The position numbers and the translations under genes are program-made. A stretch of 64,000 bases of DNA from Spirochaetia bacterium (GTDB taxonomy: Bacteria > Spirochaetota > Spirochaetia > SZUA-6 > Bin103). Under the pieces are notes generated by a model. That model saw only the letters and a list, made by a program, of their open reading frames with translations. It did not search any database and was not told where the DNA came from. Below are positions 46,401-55,446 of this stretch, in pieces; the first letter of the stretch is position 1; every line of letters starts with the position of its first letter. The stretch lies in the NCBI GenBank assembly GCA_965203905.1, contig CBDBDQ010000005.1, positions 2,784,001 to 2,848,000 on the forward strand. The letters run 5' to 3'.

Positions 46401-47998
46401 ACGAGATGTTCGCGGCGATGCGCAAGACGGCGATGAGCTCGATCATCTACGAGGTGCTCGACATGGGGACCGGCATCATGGACGCGCAGGGAGAGATCGC
46501 GTCATCCGGTGCCGGGATTCCCGCGTTCATCGGCGTGCTCGACAAGTCGGTGAAGTTCATCGTCGCCAGGTTCGACCAGCCCGGCGACATCGAGCCGGGA
46601 GACGTGTTCGCCACCAACGATCCCTACTACGGCGGCGTCACGCACCTCAGCGACATCGTGGTGATGATGCCGGTGTTCCACGGCGGAGAGCTGATCGCCT
46701 GGACCGCCACCATCGCGCACCACTCGGACGTGGGGGGAATGGCGCCGGGGTCGCTGACCGGGGAGGCCACTTCGATTTTCCAGGAGGGCCTGCGGCTACC
46801 GGCGATCAAGCTCATCGCGCGGGGCAGGACCAACGAGCCGGTGATGCAGATCATCAAGGTTAACTCGCGCATGCCGGACGTGCTCGAAGGCGATCTCTGG
46901 GCATCCATCGCGTCGGTACGGGTGGGGGCGAGAAGGATCGAGGCGCTGGCCGGGAAGTACGGCACCGACACCTACACGGCCGCGGTCGATTCGTTCATGG
47001 ACCTCGGCGAGAAGGCGTCCCTGGGTGCGCTCGCGAAGCTGCCCCAGGGCACCTTCGAGCTGGCGGAAGAACAGGACAACGGTCAGGTCTACCACGTCGG
47101 GATTACCATTACCGGGGACCGGTTCACGGTCGATCTGCGCAACAACCCCGACCAGCTCGACGGACCGCTGAACACCAGCCGCGACGGTGTCATGGTTGCC
47201 GCGCAGATGATCTTCAAGTCGCTGACCGATCCCTGGTCTCCGGCAACTGGAGGATCGTTCCGTCCGGTCGAGCTGTTGACGCGCAAGGGTTCGGTGTTCG
47301 ACGCCAGCGAGCCGGCCGCGCTCGGGTTCTACTACGAGATCGAGCTGAGGGTGTACGACCTGATGTGGCGGTGCCTGGCGAACCAAATGCCCGAGCGCCT
47401 GGCGGCAGGGCACTTCGCGTCGATCTGCGGTACCTTCATCGGCGGCATCCATCCCGACACCGGCCGCCAGTACACGGTGATCGAGCCGCAGCTCGGCGGC
47501 TGGGGAGCGGGCATGGGCGGGGACGGCAACACCGCCATGTTCAGCGGATTCCACGGCGAGACCTACAACTGCCCCGCGGAGATCACCGAGGCGCGCAACG
47601 GACTGATCGTCGACCGGATGACGTTGAACACGGAACCGGGCGGCGAGGGCAGGCATGCCGGAGGCCGCGGCATCGTGCTGGATTACCGGGTCCGGTCCGA
47701 CAACGGCTTTCTGACCGCGGGCTACACCCGCTCGAAGTTTCCGCCCTGGGGCGTGGACGGCGGGCGCGACGGTTCGCCCAACTACATCGAGTTCATCCCC
47801 AAGGAGGGCGAACGGCAACGGTTCGCCGAGGTGTCCGGACTGGCCACCCGGAAGGACGACCTGATCCGCGTGTGCACCGGCAGCGGCGGCGGCTGCGGCG
47901 ACCCGCGCGAGCGCGACCCCGAGCTGGTCCGCGCCGACGTCCGCAACGGCCTGCTCTCACCGCAGCGCGCGCGGGAGGTGTACGGCGTCGAACCCTGA
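46334..47998 (+). CDS. hyuB: hydantoinase B / oxoprolinase subunit
   Basis: DPITLEII, NDPYYGGVTHLSD, HHSDVGG..PGS, FQEGLRLP, GGGCGDPRER. Confidence 0.93.
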   Translation: MKARKHDPITLEIIQNSVQAAADEMFAAMRKTAMSSIIYEVLDMGTGIMDAQGEIASSGAGIPAFIGVLDKSVKFIVARFDQPGDIEPGDVFATNDPYYGGVTHLSDIVVMMPVFHGGELIAWTATIAHHSDVGGMAPGSLTGEATSIFQEGLRLPAIKLIARGRTNEPVMQIIKVNSRMPDVLEGDLWASIASVRVGARRIEALAGKYGTDTYTAAVDSFMDLGEKASLGALAKLPQGTFELAEEQDNGQVYHVGITITGDRFTVDLRNNPDQLDGPLNTSRDGVMVAAQMIFKSLTDPWSPATGGSFRPVELLTRKGSVFDASEPAALGFYYEIELRVYDLMWRCLANQMPERLAAGHFASICGTFIGGIHPDTGRQYTVIEPQLGGWGAGMGGDGNTAMFSGFHGETYNCPAEITEARNGLIVDRMTLNTEPGGEGRHAGGRGIVLDYRVRSDNGFLTAGYTRSKFPPWGVDGGRDGSPNYIEFIPKEGERQRFAEVSGLATRKDDLIRVCTGSGGGCGDPRERDPELVRADVRNGLLSPQRAREVYGVEP

Positions 47999-48011
47999 GG
48001 AGGAGCCGGAG

Positions 48012-48821
48012 ATGGCAGACGGCAGTCCGCTGAAGCTGATGTACCTGAATCCTGTCGGCACGCCCGATTACGACGCCGTGTTTGCCGACATGGCGCGTGA
48101 CGTGAAGCTGCCCGGCACGGAGGTGCACGTTACCTCGCTGAAGCCCGGCGATGGCGCCTTCACGCATATCGAGTACCGGTCCTACGAAGCGGTCGTCTCG
48201 ACCGGCATTGTGAGGGCCGCGCGCGCGGCGGCCGCGGAAGGGTTCGACGCGCTGGCCATCGGCTGCTTCTACGACACCGCCCTGCACGATGCCCGCGAGG
48301 TGTCCGGCGACATGGTGGTGACGGCCCCGTGCACGGCCTCGCTGGAGATCGCGGCGAGCCTCGCGAACCGGTTCGGGATCATCGTCGGTCGGCGCAAGTG
48401 GGTGCACCAGATGCACGCTACGGTGCGCGACAACGGCATGGGCGAGCGGCTGAGCGGTTTCTATCCCGTCGAGCTCGGCGTGACCGACTTTCAGATCGAC
48501 CATGACCTGACCGAGCGGCGTCTCACCGCAGCCGGGAAGAAGGCGGTCGAGGAAGACTACGCCGAGGCGGTCATTCTCGGGTGCACCCTGGAGATCGGGT
48601 TCCACGACCGCCTTTCGCAGGTTCTCGGCGTTCCCGTCATCGATCCGTCGATTGCCGCGCTGAAGCGCGCCGAGTACGCCGCCGACCTCAAGCGCAGGTG
48701 TGGCTGGATACCGAGCCGCCGGTGGTCGTGCGAGCCCCCGCCGGAAGCAGAGATCGCCGCCTTCGGGATCATCGGCGAAGGCGACGTGTTCGGGAACCGG
48801 GTCGTCGTCGCCGCAGAGTAG
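48012..48821 (+). CDS. hydantoin racemase / Asp-Glu racemase family protein
   Basis: LNP, IGCFYD and ILGCT catalytic cysteines, VPVIDP. Confidence 0.9.
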   Translation: MADGSPLKLMYLNPVGTPDYDAVFADMARDVKLPGTEVHVTSLKPGDGAFTHIEYRSYEAVVSTGIVRAARAAAAEGFDALAIGCFYDTALHDAREVSGDMVVTAPCTASLEIAASLANRFGIIVGRRKWVHQMHATVRDNGMGERLSGFYPVELGVTDFQIDHDLTERRLTAAGKKAVEEDYAEAVILGCTLEIGFHDRLSQVLGVPVIDPSIAALKRAEYAADLKRRCGWIPSRRWSCEPPPEAEIAAFGIIGEGDVFGNRVVVAAE

Positions 48822-48936
48822 CCGGTGCGCATGCGGAGCGAGCGCTGCGGCGCGTCCTACGGAGCCGCCGGTGAACTCATTGCGATCTGCGATATGGACG
48901 CTTGCCGACGCGTGGGGGGAGGGCTAAGCTGACGCG

Positions 48937-49944
48937 ATGCGGATCGCCAACCCGATGTACGACGCTGCTTTCAAGTACCTGATGGACGACCGGGCGGCCG
49001 CGCGGGTGCTGGTCGGGGCGGTGCTGGGCGAGGAAGTGGTGAGCCTGCAGCCGCTGCCGCAGGAGCGGTCCGGGCGGCCGTCGCCGGCGGGGCCTGGCGA
49101 GCCGCCGTCAGGAGAGATGCTGACGGTGCGACGGGTGGACTTCGCGGCTACGGTGCGCACGGCGGCCGGGGAGCGACTGCGGGTGCTGGTGGAGGTGCAG
49201 AAGGCGCGCTTCACCGACGAGGTGATGCGGTTCCGAGAGTACCTGGGCCGTCACTACGCTGACCGCGACAACTACGACGAGGGCGCGGACGGGCGGCGAC
49301 GGCACCGCCCGTTGCGGGCGATCTACATCCTGGGGGAGTGCCTGCCGCGCACGGCGGCGACGGTGCTGCGAGTGGCGCGGGAGTACGTGGACGAGGTGAG
49401 CGGGGAGCGGCTGAGCGAGCGGGAGGAGTTCGTCGAGGCGTTGAGCCACGACTGCTGGGTGGTGCAGGTGCCGCTGCTGGCGTCGCGGCGGAGGACGGAC
49501 CTGGAGCGGCTGCTGAGCGTATTCGACCAGGAGTTGCGGGTGCCGGGCGACCGCCACGTGCTGGAGGTGGACGAGCGGGAGATACCGGAGCACTACGCTC
49601 CGGTGCTGCGCCGGCTGGAAGGAGCCGTGGCGAGCGTGGAGGTGGCGGACTCGATGGCGCTGGAGGACGAGGTCGCGGAGACGTGGGGGCGGATGAAGCG
49701 GGAGAGCGCGGCGAAGGACGCCGCACTGGTCGAGAAGGACGCCGCACTGGTCGAGAAAGACGCCGCACTGGTCGAGAAAGACGCCGCGTTGGCGGCGAAA
49801 GACGCCGCACTGGCCGGGAAGGACGCCGCACTGGCCGAGAAAGACGTGGCGCTGGAGCAGGCGCGGGCGGAGCGCGCCGCGGCCGAGGAGCGCAGCGCCG
49901 AGCTGGAGCGTCGTCTGGCGGAGTTCGGCGGCGAGGGCGGTTGA
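48937..49944 (+). CDS. Rpn-like PD-(D/E)XK nuclease-domain protein with coiled-coil repeat tail
   Basis: ANPMYDAAFKYLM, RVDFAA, LVEVQKA, AIYILG; C-terminal (xxKDAAL)n heptads. Confidence 0.8.
   Translation: MRIANPMYDAAFKYLMDDRAAARVLVGAVLGEEVVSLQPLPQERSGRPSPAGPGEPPSGEMLTVRRVDFAATVRTAAGERLRVLVEVQKARFTDEVMRFREYLGRHYADRDNYDEGADGRRRHRPLRAIYILGECLPRTAATVLRVAREYVDEVSGERLSEREEFVEALSHDCWVVQVPLLASRRRTDLERLLSVFDQELRVPGDRHVLEVDEREIPEHYAPVLRRLEGAVASVEVADSMALEDEVAETWGRMKRESAAKDAALVEKDAALVEKDAALVEKDAALAAKDAALAGKDAALAEKDVALEQARAERAAAEERSAELERRLAEFGGEGG
49708..49854 (+). repeat. 7 x 21-bp coding tandem repeat
   Basis: Unit consensus G(T/C)CGAGAA(A/G)GACGCCGCACTG repeated seven times without spacers. Confidence 0.93.
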
Positions 49945-50029
49945 CTGCGCGCGACGGGACCCGGTGGCGTCGGCGGCGCGCTCACTCCTGATCCGGGTCG
50001 ATGCCCGACCGGCGCAGCAGAGCCGCCAG

Positions 50030-50210
50030 GCGTTTCGCCGCGCCGACGCTCCTGCGCCAGCAACTGCTCCGCGTGCTCCGCACGCTGGTGTTGCACATCG
50101 GCACGCTCCCGACCCGTCGGAATCAACGCGCCGTGCTCGTCCACCGAGCGCAACCACCGGTGCCGTACCGCCTCGAACACCCCGTCCCACAGCGTCAGCC
50201 CCAACCGCAA
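50030..50210 (-). pseudogene. Uma2-family endonuclease C-terminal remnant
   Basis: LRLGLTLWDGVFEAVRHRWLRSVDEHGALIPTGRERA..RAE.AE matches the Uma2 C-terminal GL.LW.G.F....WLRW.D..G..IPT..ERAE pattern; N-terminus absent. Confidence 0.65.
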
Positions 50211-50299
50211 CTCGGGAAACGACGACGACTCCTGCCGCTCACGCGGCTCACACCAGGTAGGCTCGGGGCAGGGCGGGCCCCCGCGCTCCGCTCGATCCT

Positions 50300-50328
50300 T
50301 TGACAGGCCGGCGCGGCGCTCCTACACT
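50300..50328 (+). promoter_or_regulatory. sigma70 promoter, copy 2
   Basis: TTGACA-17 nt-TACACT, 50 nt upstream of dppB. Confidence 0.75.
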
Positions 50329-50378
50329 GGCCCGGCCCTCTGCCGCCTGGGTGGCGGCCGGAGCGCTCCATCTCAGCC

Positions 50379-51365
50379 ATGCAGCACTTCCTGATACGCC
50401 GCGGCCTCTACGTGATCCTCATGCTGGTGCTGGTCTCCATCGTGGGATTCGTGGTGATCAACCTGCCGCCGGGGGACTTCATGGACGCCTACCTGGCGCG
50501 CATGCAGTCGTCGGGCACCGAGGTCGACCGGGAGACGGCCGACAACCTGCGCAGGAACTACGGCCTCGACAAGCCGCTCTACGTGCAGTACCTGATCTGG
50601 TTCTTCGGCGTGGTGCGCGGCGACTTCGGCTGGTCGTTCGACCACCAGATTCCGGTCAGCGACCTGGTCAAGGAGCGCATCGCGCTGACCCTGGTGATCT
50701 CCCTGTGCACCATGATCTTCGTCTACGCGGCGGCGATCCCGATCGGCATCGTCAGCGCCGTGCGGCAGTACTCGCTGACCGACTACACGGTGACCCTGTT
50801 CGGCTTCGTCGGTCTGGCCACGCCCAACTTCCTGCTTGCGCTGCTGCTGATGTACTTCGGGTTTCAGATCTTCGACGCCGACGTCGGCGGCCTGTTCTCC
50901 AACGAGTACGTCAACGCGCCCTGGTCGCTGCCCAAGGTGCTGGACATGCTGCAGCACCTGTGGGTGCCGGTGATCGTGCTCGGCACCGCCGGCACCGCCG
51001 GCATCATCCGCGTGATGCGCGCCACCCTGCTGGACGAGCTGCGCAAGCAGTACGTGATCACCGCCCGCGCCAAGGGGGCGCGCGAGATACACCTGGTGCT
51101 CAAGTACCCGGCGCGGGTGGCGCTGAACCCGATCGTCAGCACGGTCGGCTGGCTGCTGCCGGAGATCATCTCCGGCGCGGCGATCGTGTCGGTGGTGCTG
51201 TCGCTGCCCACCACCGGCCAGCTCCTGCTGCGCGCGCTGCGCACCCAGGACATGTACCTGGCCGGCAGCCTGATCCTGCTGCTGAGCTTCCTCACCGTGA
51301 TCGGCACCCTGATCTCCGACCTGCTGCTGGCGCTGATCGACCCGCGCATCAGGATGCAGTCGTGA
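50379..51365 (+). CDS. DppB/OppB-type ABC permease
   Basis: LPPGD, YVITARAKGA, QDMYLAG, DPRIR. Confidence 0.93.
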   Translation: MQHFLIRRGLYVILMLVLVSIVGFVVINLPPGDFMDAYLARMQSSGTEVDRETADNLRRNYGLDKPLYVQYLIWFFGVVRGDFGWSFDHQIPVSDLVKERIALTLVISLCTMIFVYAAAIPIGIVSAVRQYSLTDYTVTLFGFVGLATPNFLLALLLMYFGFQIFDADVGGLFSNEYVNAPWSLPKVLDMLQHLWVPVIVLGTAGTAGIIRVMRATLLDELRKQYVITARAKGAREIHLVLKYPARVALNPIVSTVGWLLPEIISGAAIVSVVLSLPTTGQLLLRALRTQDMYLAGSLILLLSFLTVIGTLISDLLLALIDPRIRMQS

Positions 51366-52531
51366 GCGACGGCCCGGTGCGGGTGCGTGCCGTGGCCGAA
51401 GTGGGCGACGCGGCGTCGCCCGCCGACCCGGCGCCGCCACGCGACCAGAACGAACGCTACTTCATCGCCACCCAGCGGCAGTTGATCTGGCGCGCCTTCA
51501 AGCGCCACCGGCTGGCCCTGATCAGCTCGCTGGCGCTGCTGGTGCTCTACCTGACGATGGCGTTCGCGGAGTTCCTAGGGCCCTACGAGCCGTTCGAGCG
51601 CAACCGCGACGCGCTGCACCATCCGCCCACCCGCATCCACCTGTTCCACGAGGGCCGCTTCATCGGGCCGTTCGTGTACCGTTACGAGCAGACCCTGGAC
51701 ATGGCGACCCTGCGCCGCAACTACGCCGAGGACACCAGCGAGCCGTACCCGATCCGGCTGCTGCACCGCGGCTCCCCGTACCGGATGTGGGGGCTGTTCG
51801 AGGGCGACCTGCACCTGTTCGGGGCCGACGAGCCGGGCAGGGTGTACCTGCTCGGCACCGACGACCTGGGCCGCGACATGTTCTCGCGTATCACCCAGGC
51901 GAGCCGCATCTCGCTCTCCATCGGCCTGGTGGGGGTGGCGCTGAGCTTCCTGCTGGGGGCGACGCTGGGGGCGGTCTCCGGCTATTTCGGCGGCGCGGTC
52001 GACACCGCGATCCAGCGCATCATCGAGCTGCTGCGCTCGGTGCCCACCATCCCGCTGTGGATGGGGCTGGCGGCGGCGATCCCCCCGGCGTGGTCGATGC
52101 AGAAGCGCTACTTCGGCATCACCGTGATCATCTCGCTGGTGGCGTGGACCAGCCTGGCGCGGGTGGTGCGCGGCAAGTTCCTGGAGTTGCGCGAGGCCGA
52201 CTTCGTGGCGGCCGGGCGGCTCGCCGGCGCCACCGACGCCAAGATCATCCTGACCCACATGCTGCCGGGGTTCATGAGCTACCTGATCGTCAACGCGACC
52301 CTGGCGATCCCCAACATGATCCTGGGCGAGACCAGCCTGAGCTTCCTCGGGCTGGGCCTGCAGCGTCCGGTGCTGAGCTGGGGCGTGCTGCTGCAGAACG
52401 CGCAGAACGTGCGCACCATGGCGGTGTTTCCCTGGATGATGACCCCGGTGCTGTTCGTGATCGCGGCGGTGCTGCTGTTCAACTTCGTGGGCGACGGCCT
52501 CCGTGATGCTGCCGACCCCTACAAGAGATAG
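51362..52531 (+). CDS. DppC/OppC-type ABC permease
   Basis: GTGA overlap; LGTDDLGRD, ILGETSLSFLGLG, GDGLRDAADP. Confidence 0.93.
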   Translation: MSDGPVRVRAVAEVGDAASPADPAPPRDQNERYFIATQRQLIWRAFKRHRLALISSLALLVLYLTMAFAEFLGPYEPFERNRDALHHPPTRIHLFHEGRFIGPFVYRYEQTLDMATLRRNYAEDTSEPYPIRLLHRGSPYRMWGLFEGDLHLFGADEPGRVYLLGTDDLGRDMFSRITQASRISLSIGLVGVALSFLLGATLGAVSGYFGGAVDTAIQRIIELLRSVPTIPLWMGLAAAIPPAWSMQKRYFGITVIISLVAWTSLARVVRGKFLELREADFVAAGRLAGATDAKIILTHMLPGFMSYLIVNATLAIPNMILGETSLSFLGLGLQRPVLSWGVLLQNAQNVRTMAVFPWMMTPVLFVIAAVLLFNFVGDGLRDAADPYKR

Positions 52532-52554
52532 CGGACGGCGGAGTTCACCGCCAC

Positions 52555-53709
52555 ATGCCGCGTACCTACAAGCTCCTCCTCCACGACACGGTGCGGTCGC
52601 ACGTGGTCTCCCTCGGGCGCCGCGCGCGGCGGCGTCTGCGCGAAAAGCTGGATCTGCTGCAGGAAGGCATGTGGGAAGGCGGCCTGCGGGTCAAGAAGCT
52701 CAGGGGCAGCGGCCGCGCCGTGTTCGAGGCGCGGCTCAGCCACGGCGACCGCATCCTGTTCACCCTGGGACAGCCGCCCGCCGACAACGGCGACGGGGTG
52801 ACCCGCATCTACGTGTGGGGCGTGGAGAAGCACGACGACGTGACGGCCGCGGCGCAGCGCATCGTGCCCGGCAACGCCCCCTTTCTCGACTTCCAGCCCG
52901 ACGCCGTGGAGGAGCTGCCGGAGGAGGTGTTCGTCGACGACTTCGAACCGGCGTACTTCTCGCCTGCCCTCGACCGGCCGGTGCCGGCACACGACACTGC
53001 CGCTCCGCCCGACGCGGGACCGCAGCGCTGGCTGGTGGTGGACGATGAGGAGTGGCGGCGCCTGCAGACGGCGCACGCCAGCGACCACGTGGAGCTGTAC
53101 CTGTTCCTGACCCGCGAGCAGGCGCGTCTGCTGCACAGCGAACCGCCGCTGCTGCTGTCCGGCACCGCCGGCAGCGGCAAGACCACCATCGCGGTCTACT
53201 TCCTGTTGCGAAACCGGGTGCGCCAACTCACGGCTGGCACCGGCGCACCGGCGCTCGCCCCCGAGGCGCGTGGTGGCGGCGAGCGGGCCCTGTTTCTCAC
53301 CTACAGCGCGCATCTGAAGCGGCTGTCGGAGCGCATCTACCGCGGCCTGGTCAGGGCCACGGAGCTGGAGCGTGCGCCGCACGCGGTGCGCTTCGCCACC
53401 TTCGGCGAGCTGCTGGCGGAGATCGTCGGCCACGGCGGCGGGGAGCGGTGGCGGGCGCCACCGTCCGGGCTGGCCGAGTTCCACACCATCTACGGGAATC
53501 TGCCGCGCGCGGCACGCCACGACCCGGAGCTGGTGTGGGAGGAGATCCGGGCCATCATCAAGGGTGCCAAGCCGCCGGTGAGCCGGCGCCGGTTTGCGGA
53601 GCTGGCGGCACGGTTCCAGGCCGCCCAGGCGTCGCAACGCGAGCGCGGCGAGCTGGCGGAGTACGTGGTGCGGCTGGCCAACCTGGAGCTCGGCGGCAAG
53701 CTAGCGTAA
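52555..53709 (+). pseudogene. 5' part of second RelE-like/SF1 helicase/TPR gene, truncated by IS insertion
   Basis: Paralogous to 38681-39838 along its whole length; similarity stops at CTAG 53701, before Walker B. Confidence 0.9.
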
Positions 53710-54500
53710 GTTGATCGTTTTTTTGAGGTATTTTGTTTCTGTGACGCAATTTGTCATTTTTGTTTGTCACTACAATCGACTCCTCCGTAGCGGCGCCGGG
53801 GTGGCCGCTATACGCAGCGCCCGGTAGATCTTGCGGTGCACCAACTCCGGCTGTGACGGCCGCCGCACCCGTAGTACCGTCCCGTCGGTGCACTGGTGCA
53901 CAATGGTTACCATCTGATGGGTTGACAACAGGTCGCGAATCGTCGGCCAGGAACGATGGTCGCCGTGCTCCTGCAGGCGCCGTTCGATGGTGTGCAACAG
54001 GTGGTAGGCCAGCAACGAGATGAAAATGTGCGCGTCCGCCCGTTCGGTACGCTGGTGGAACACCGGACGCAGCCCCAAGTTGCTCTTCAAGTAGCGAAAC
54101 GACCGTTCGATGCGCGCCAGCAGAACGTACAGCTTCCACAGTTCGGCTTCCGTCAAGTCGGTGCGATCGGTGCGCAACAGATAGGTCCCGTCCAGCTCCT
54201 CGGCGAGTTGCTGTGCGGCGTTCTTGCTGGCCCACCTGACTTCCGTTCGACCCTCGTCATCAATGTGCATCTGCACCGTGTAATGCACATATCGTGAGCC
54301 GCCGTCGTCTAATCCCTCTTGGTTTGCCACGGCGCCGCTCCCTATCGCGATACTCAGCACTGGAGCACGAGCGCATGTGCGACGCTCTCGTAGCGCCGCG
54401 CGTGTGCCGCCTGGCGCGAATCACCTGTGCCGCGTTGCGAGCGCAGGCCTTCGCATCGCAAATCAACAGCCGGACGGCGGGCTCCAGTGCTACGCGACGC
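53701..54500 (-). mobile_element. IS1634-family transposase remnant (3' part plus element end)
   Basis: DGTYLLRTD, LY..L..IERSFRYLKS.LGLRPVFHQ...RADAHIFISLLAY in ORF 53770..54360; AT-rich terminal tract 53701-53770; upstream part degenerate. Confidence 0.8.
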
Positions 54501-54635
54501 GCCCGAGCCGTACCGTAGGGGCACCGAAAAGTGGTCAAGTCGGCCTTGCGCCAGTTAATGCATGTATGTATCCTCAATCATCTGGTGTGGTCTGGACAGC
54601 TGCGCCAGCGATGCTCTGCCTAAAGGGGGTGGACA

Positions 54636-54990
54636 ATGGGCCATACACTACAACAGCGCAAAAGGACTACGCTCCCCACGATAGGGTGGCGGTCAATGGT
54701 GGCGTCTGTGGTCGCCACGTTTGCCATGGACGAGGCCGATGCGCGCAGACTTGAAGACAATAACGCGGCCCAGCTGATTGGCGCCTTGCCGTTCCTGGCC
54801 GGTTGCGCTCATCCCGAGCGCACGGCGCTGAGCCATCTCACCACTCTCATCGCGGCATCCCGCAACCCACACGTATTCGGTCAGAAACCGAGCGAGTCGA
54901 TTCGAGATCGCTTGCGGCCGATCGAGACGTTCGAGAATGGCGATCGAGATATCATCGAGCGTGGCATGACGCTGCTCGAGCTGGCCTCCC
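54636..54990 (+). pseudogene. hypothetical protein, probably 3'-disrupted
   Basis: Protein-like N-terminal ~118 aa of ORF 54636..55250; the remainder runs through structured non-coding-like sequence and a poly-G tract. Confidence 0.4.
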
Positions 54991-55143
54991 TAAGCCGCGC
55001 CATTCTTGCCACACCCGCCTGCGACGGCCGTCGCGACCGCGACCACCGCCAACCCCTCGCCCTCGTACTGATCAGTCACGACCCCGACGCGGCTCGCAGT
55101 GCTTTACGCTCGTTCGGGTTCTCGATTACTGTTCCTATCACTC

Positions 55144-55165
55144 GGGGGGGGGGGGGGGGGGGGGG
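55144..55165. repeat. 22-nt poly-G homopolymer
   Basis: Direct count in sequence. Confidence 0.95.
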
Positions 55166-55399
55166 ATACAATCCCGTACTCCACAATCTCCATAAGAGGG
55201 ACTGTGGATTACTGCGGAGCCGAGGAAACGAGAAGTGGTGCATCGGGTAGGGCAGGTGGTGACGCCGTCGAGCGGTAGATCCGTGCATCGGAGGAGGTGA
55301 TGAGGAACTAAACGTAAGCGTGTTCGAGGCGGTGGATCCTATCAGCTAGCACCGCAGCCACGGTTCCAAGAGGGAATCGAGGCCATCATTATTAAGGAG

Positions 55400-55419
55400 G
55401 ATTTTATCTTGATAAAATC
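55400..55419. promoter_or_regulatory. palindromic operator upstream of island ABC operon
   Basis: GATTTTATC-TT-GATAAAATC perfect 9-bp inverted repeat 27 nt before ATG 55447. Confidence 0.55.
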
Positions 55420-55446
55420 GCATATTCTTGAGCAAGGAGAGTTCAT

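Noticed and set aside
49708-49854. Possible CRISPR array
   Set aside because: Repeats are contiguous 21-mers in frame within a CDS, with no unique spacers and no cas genes.
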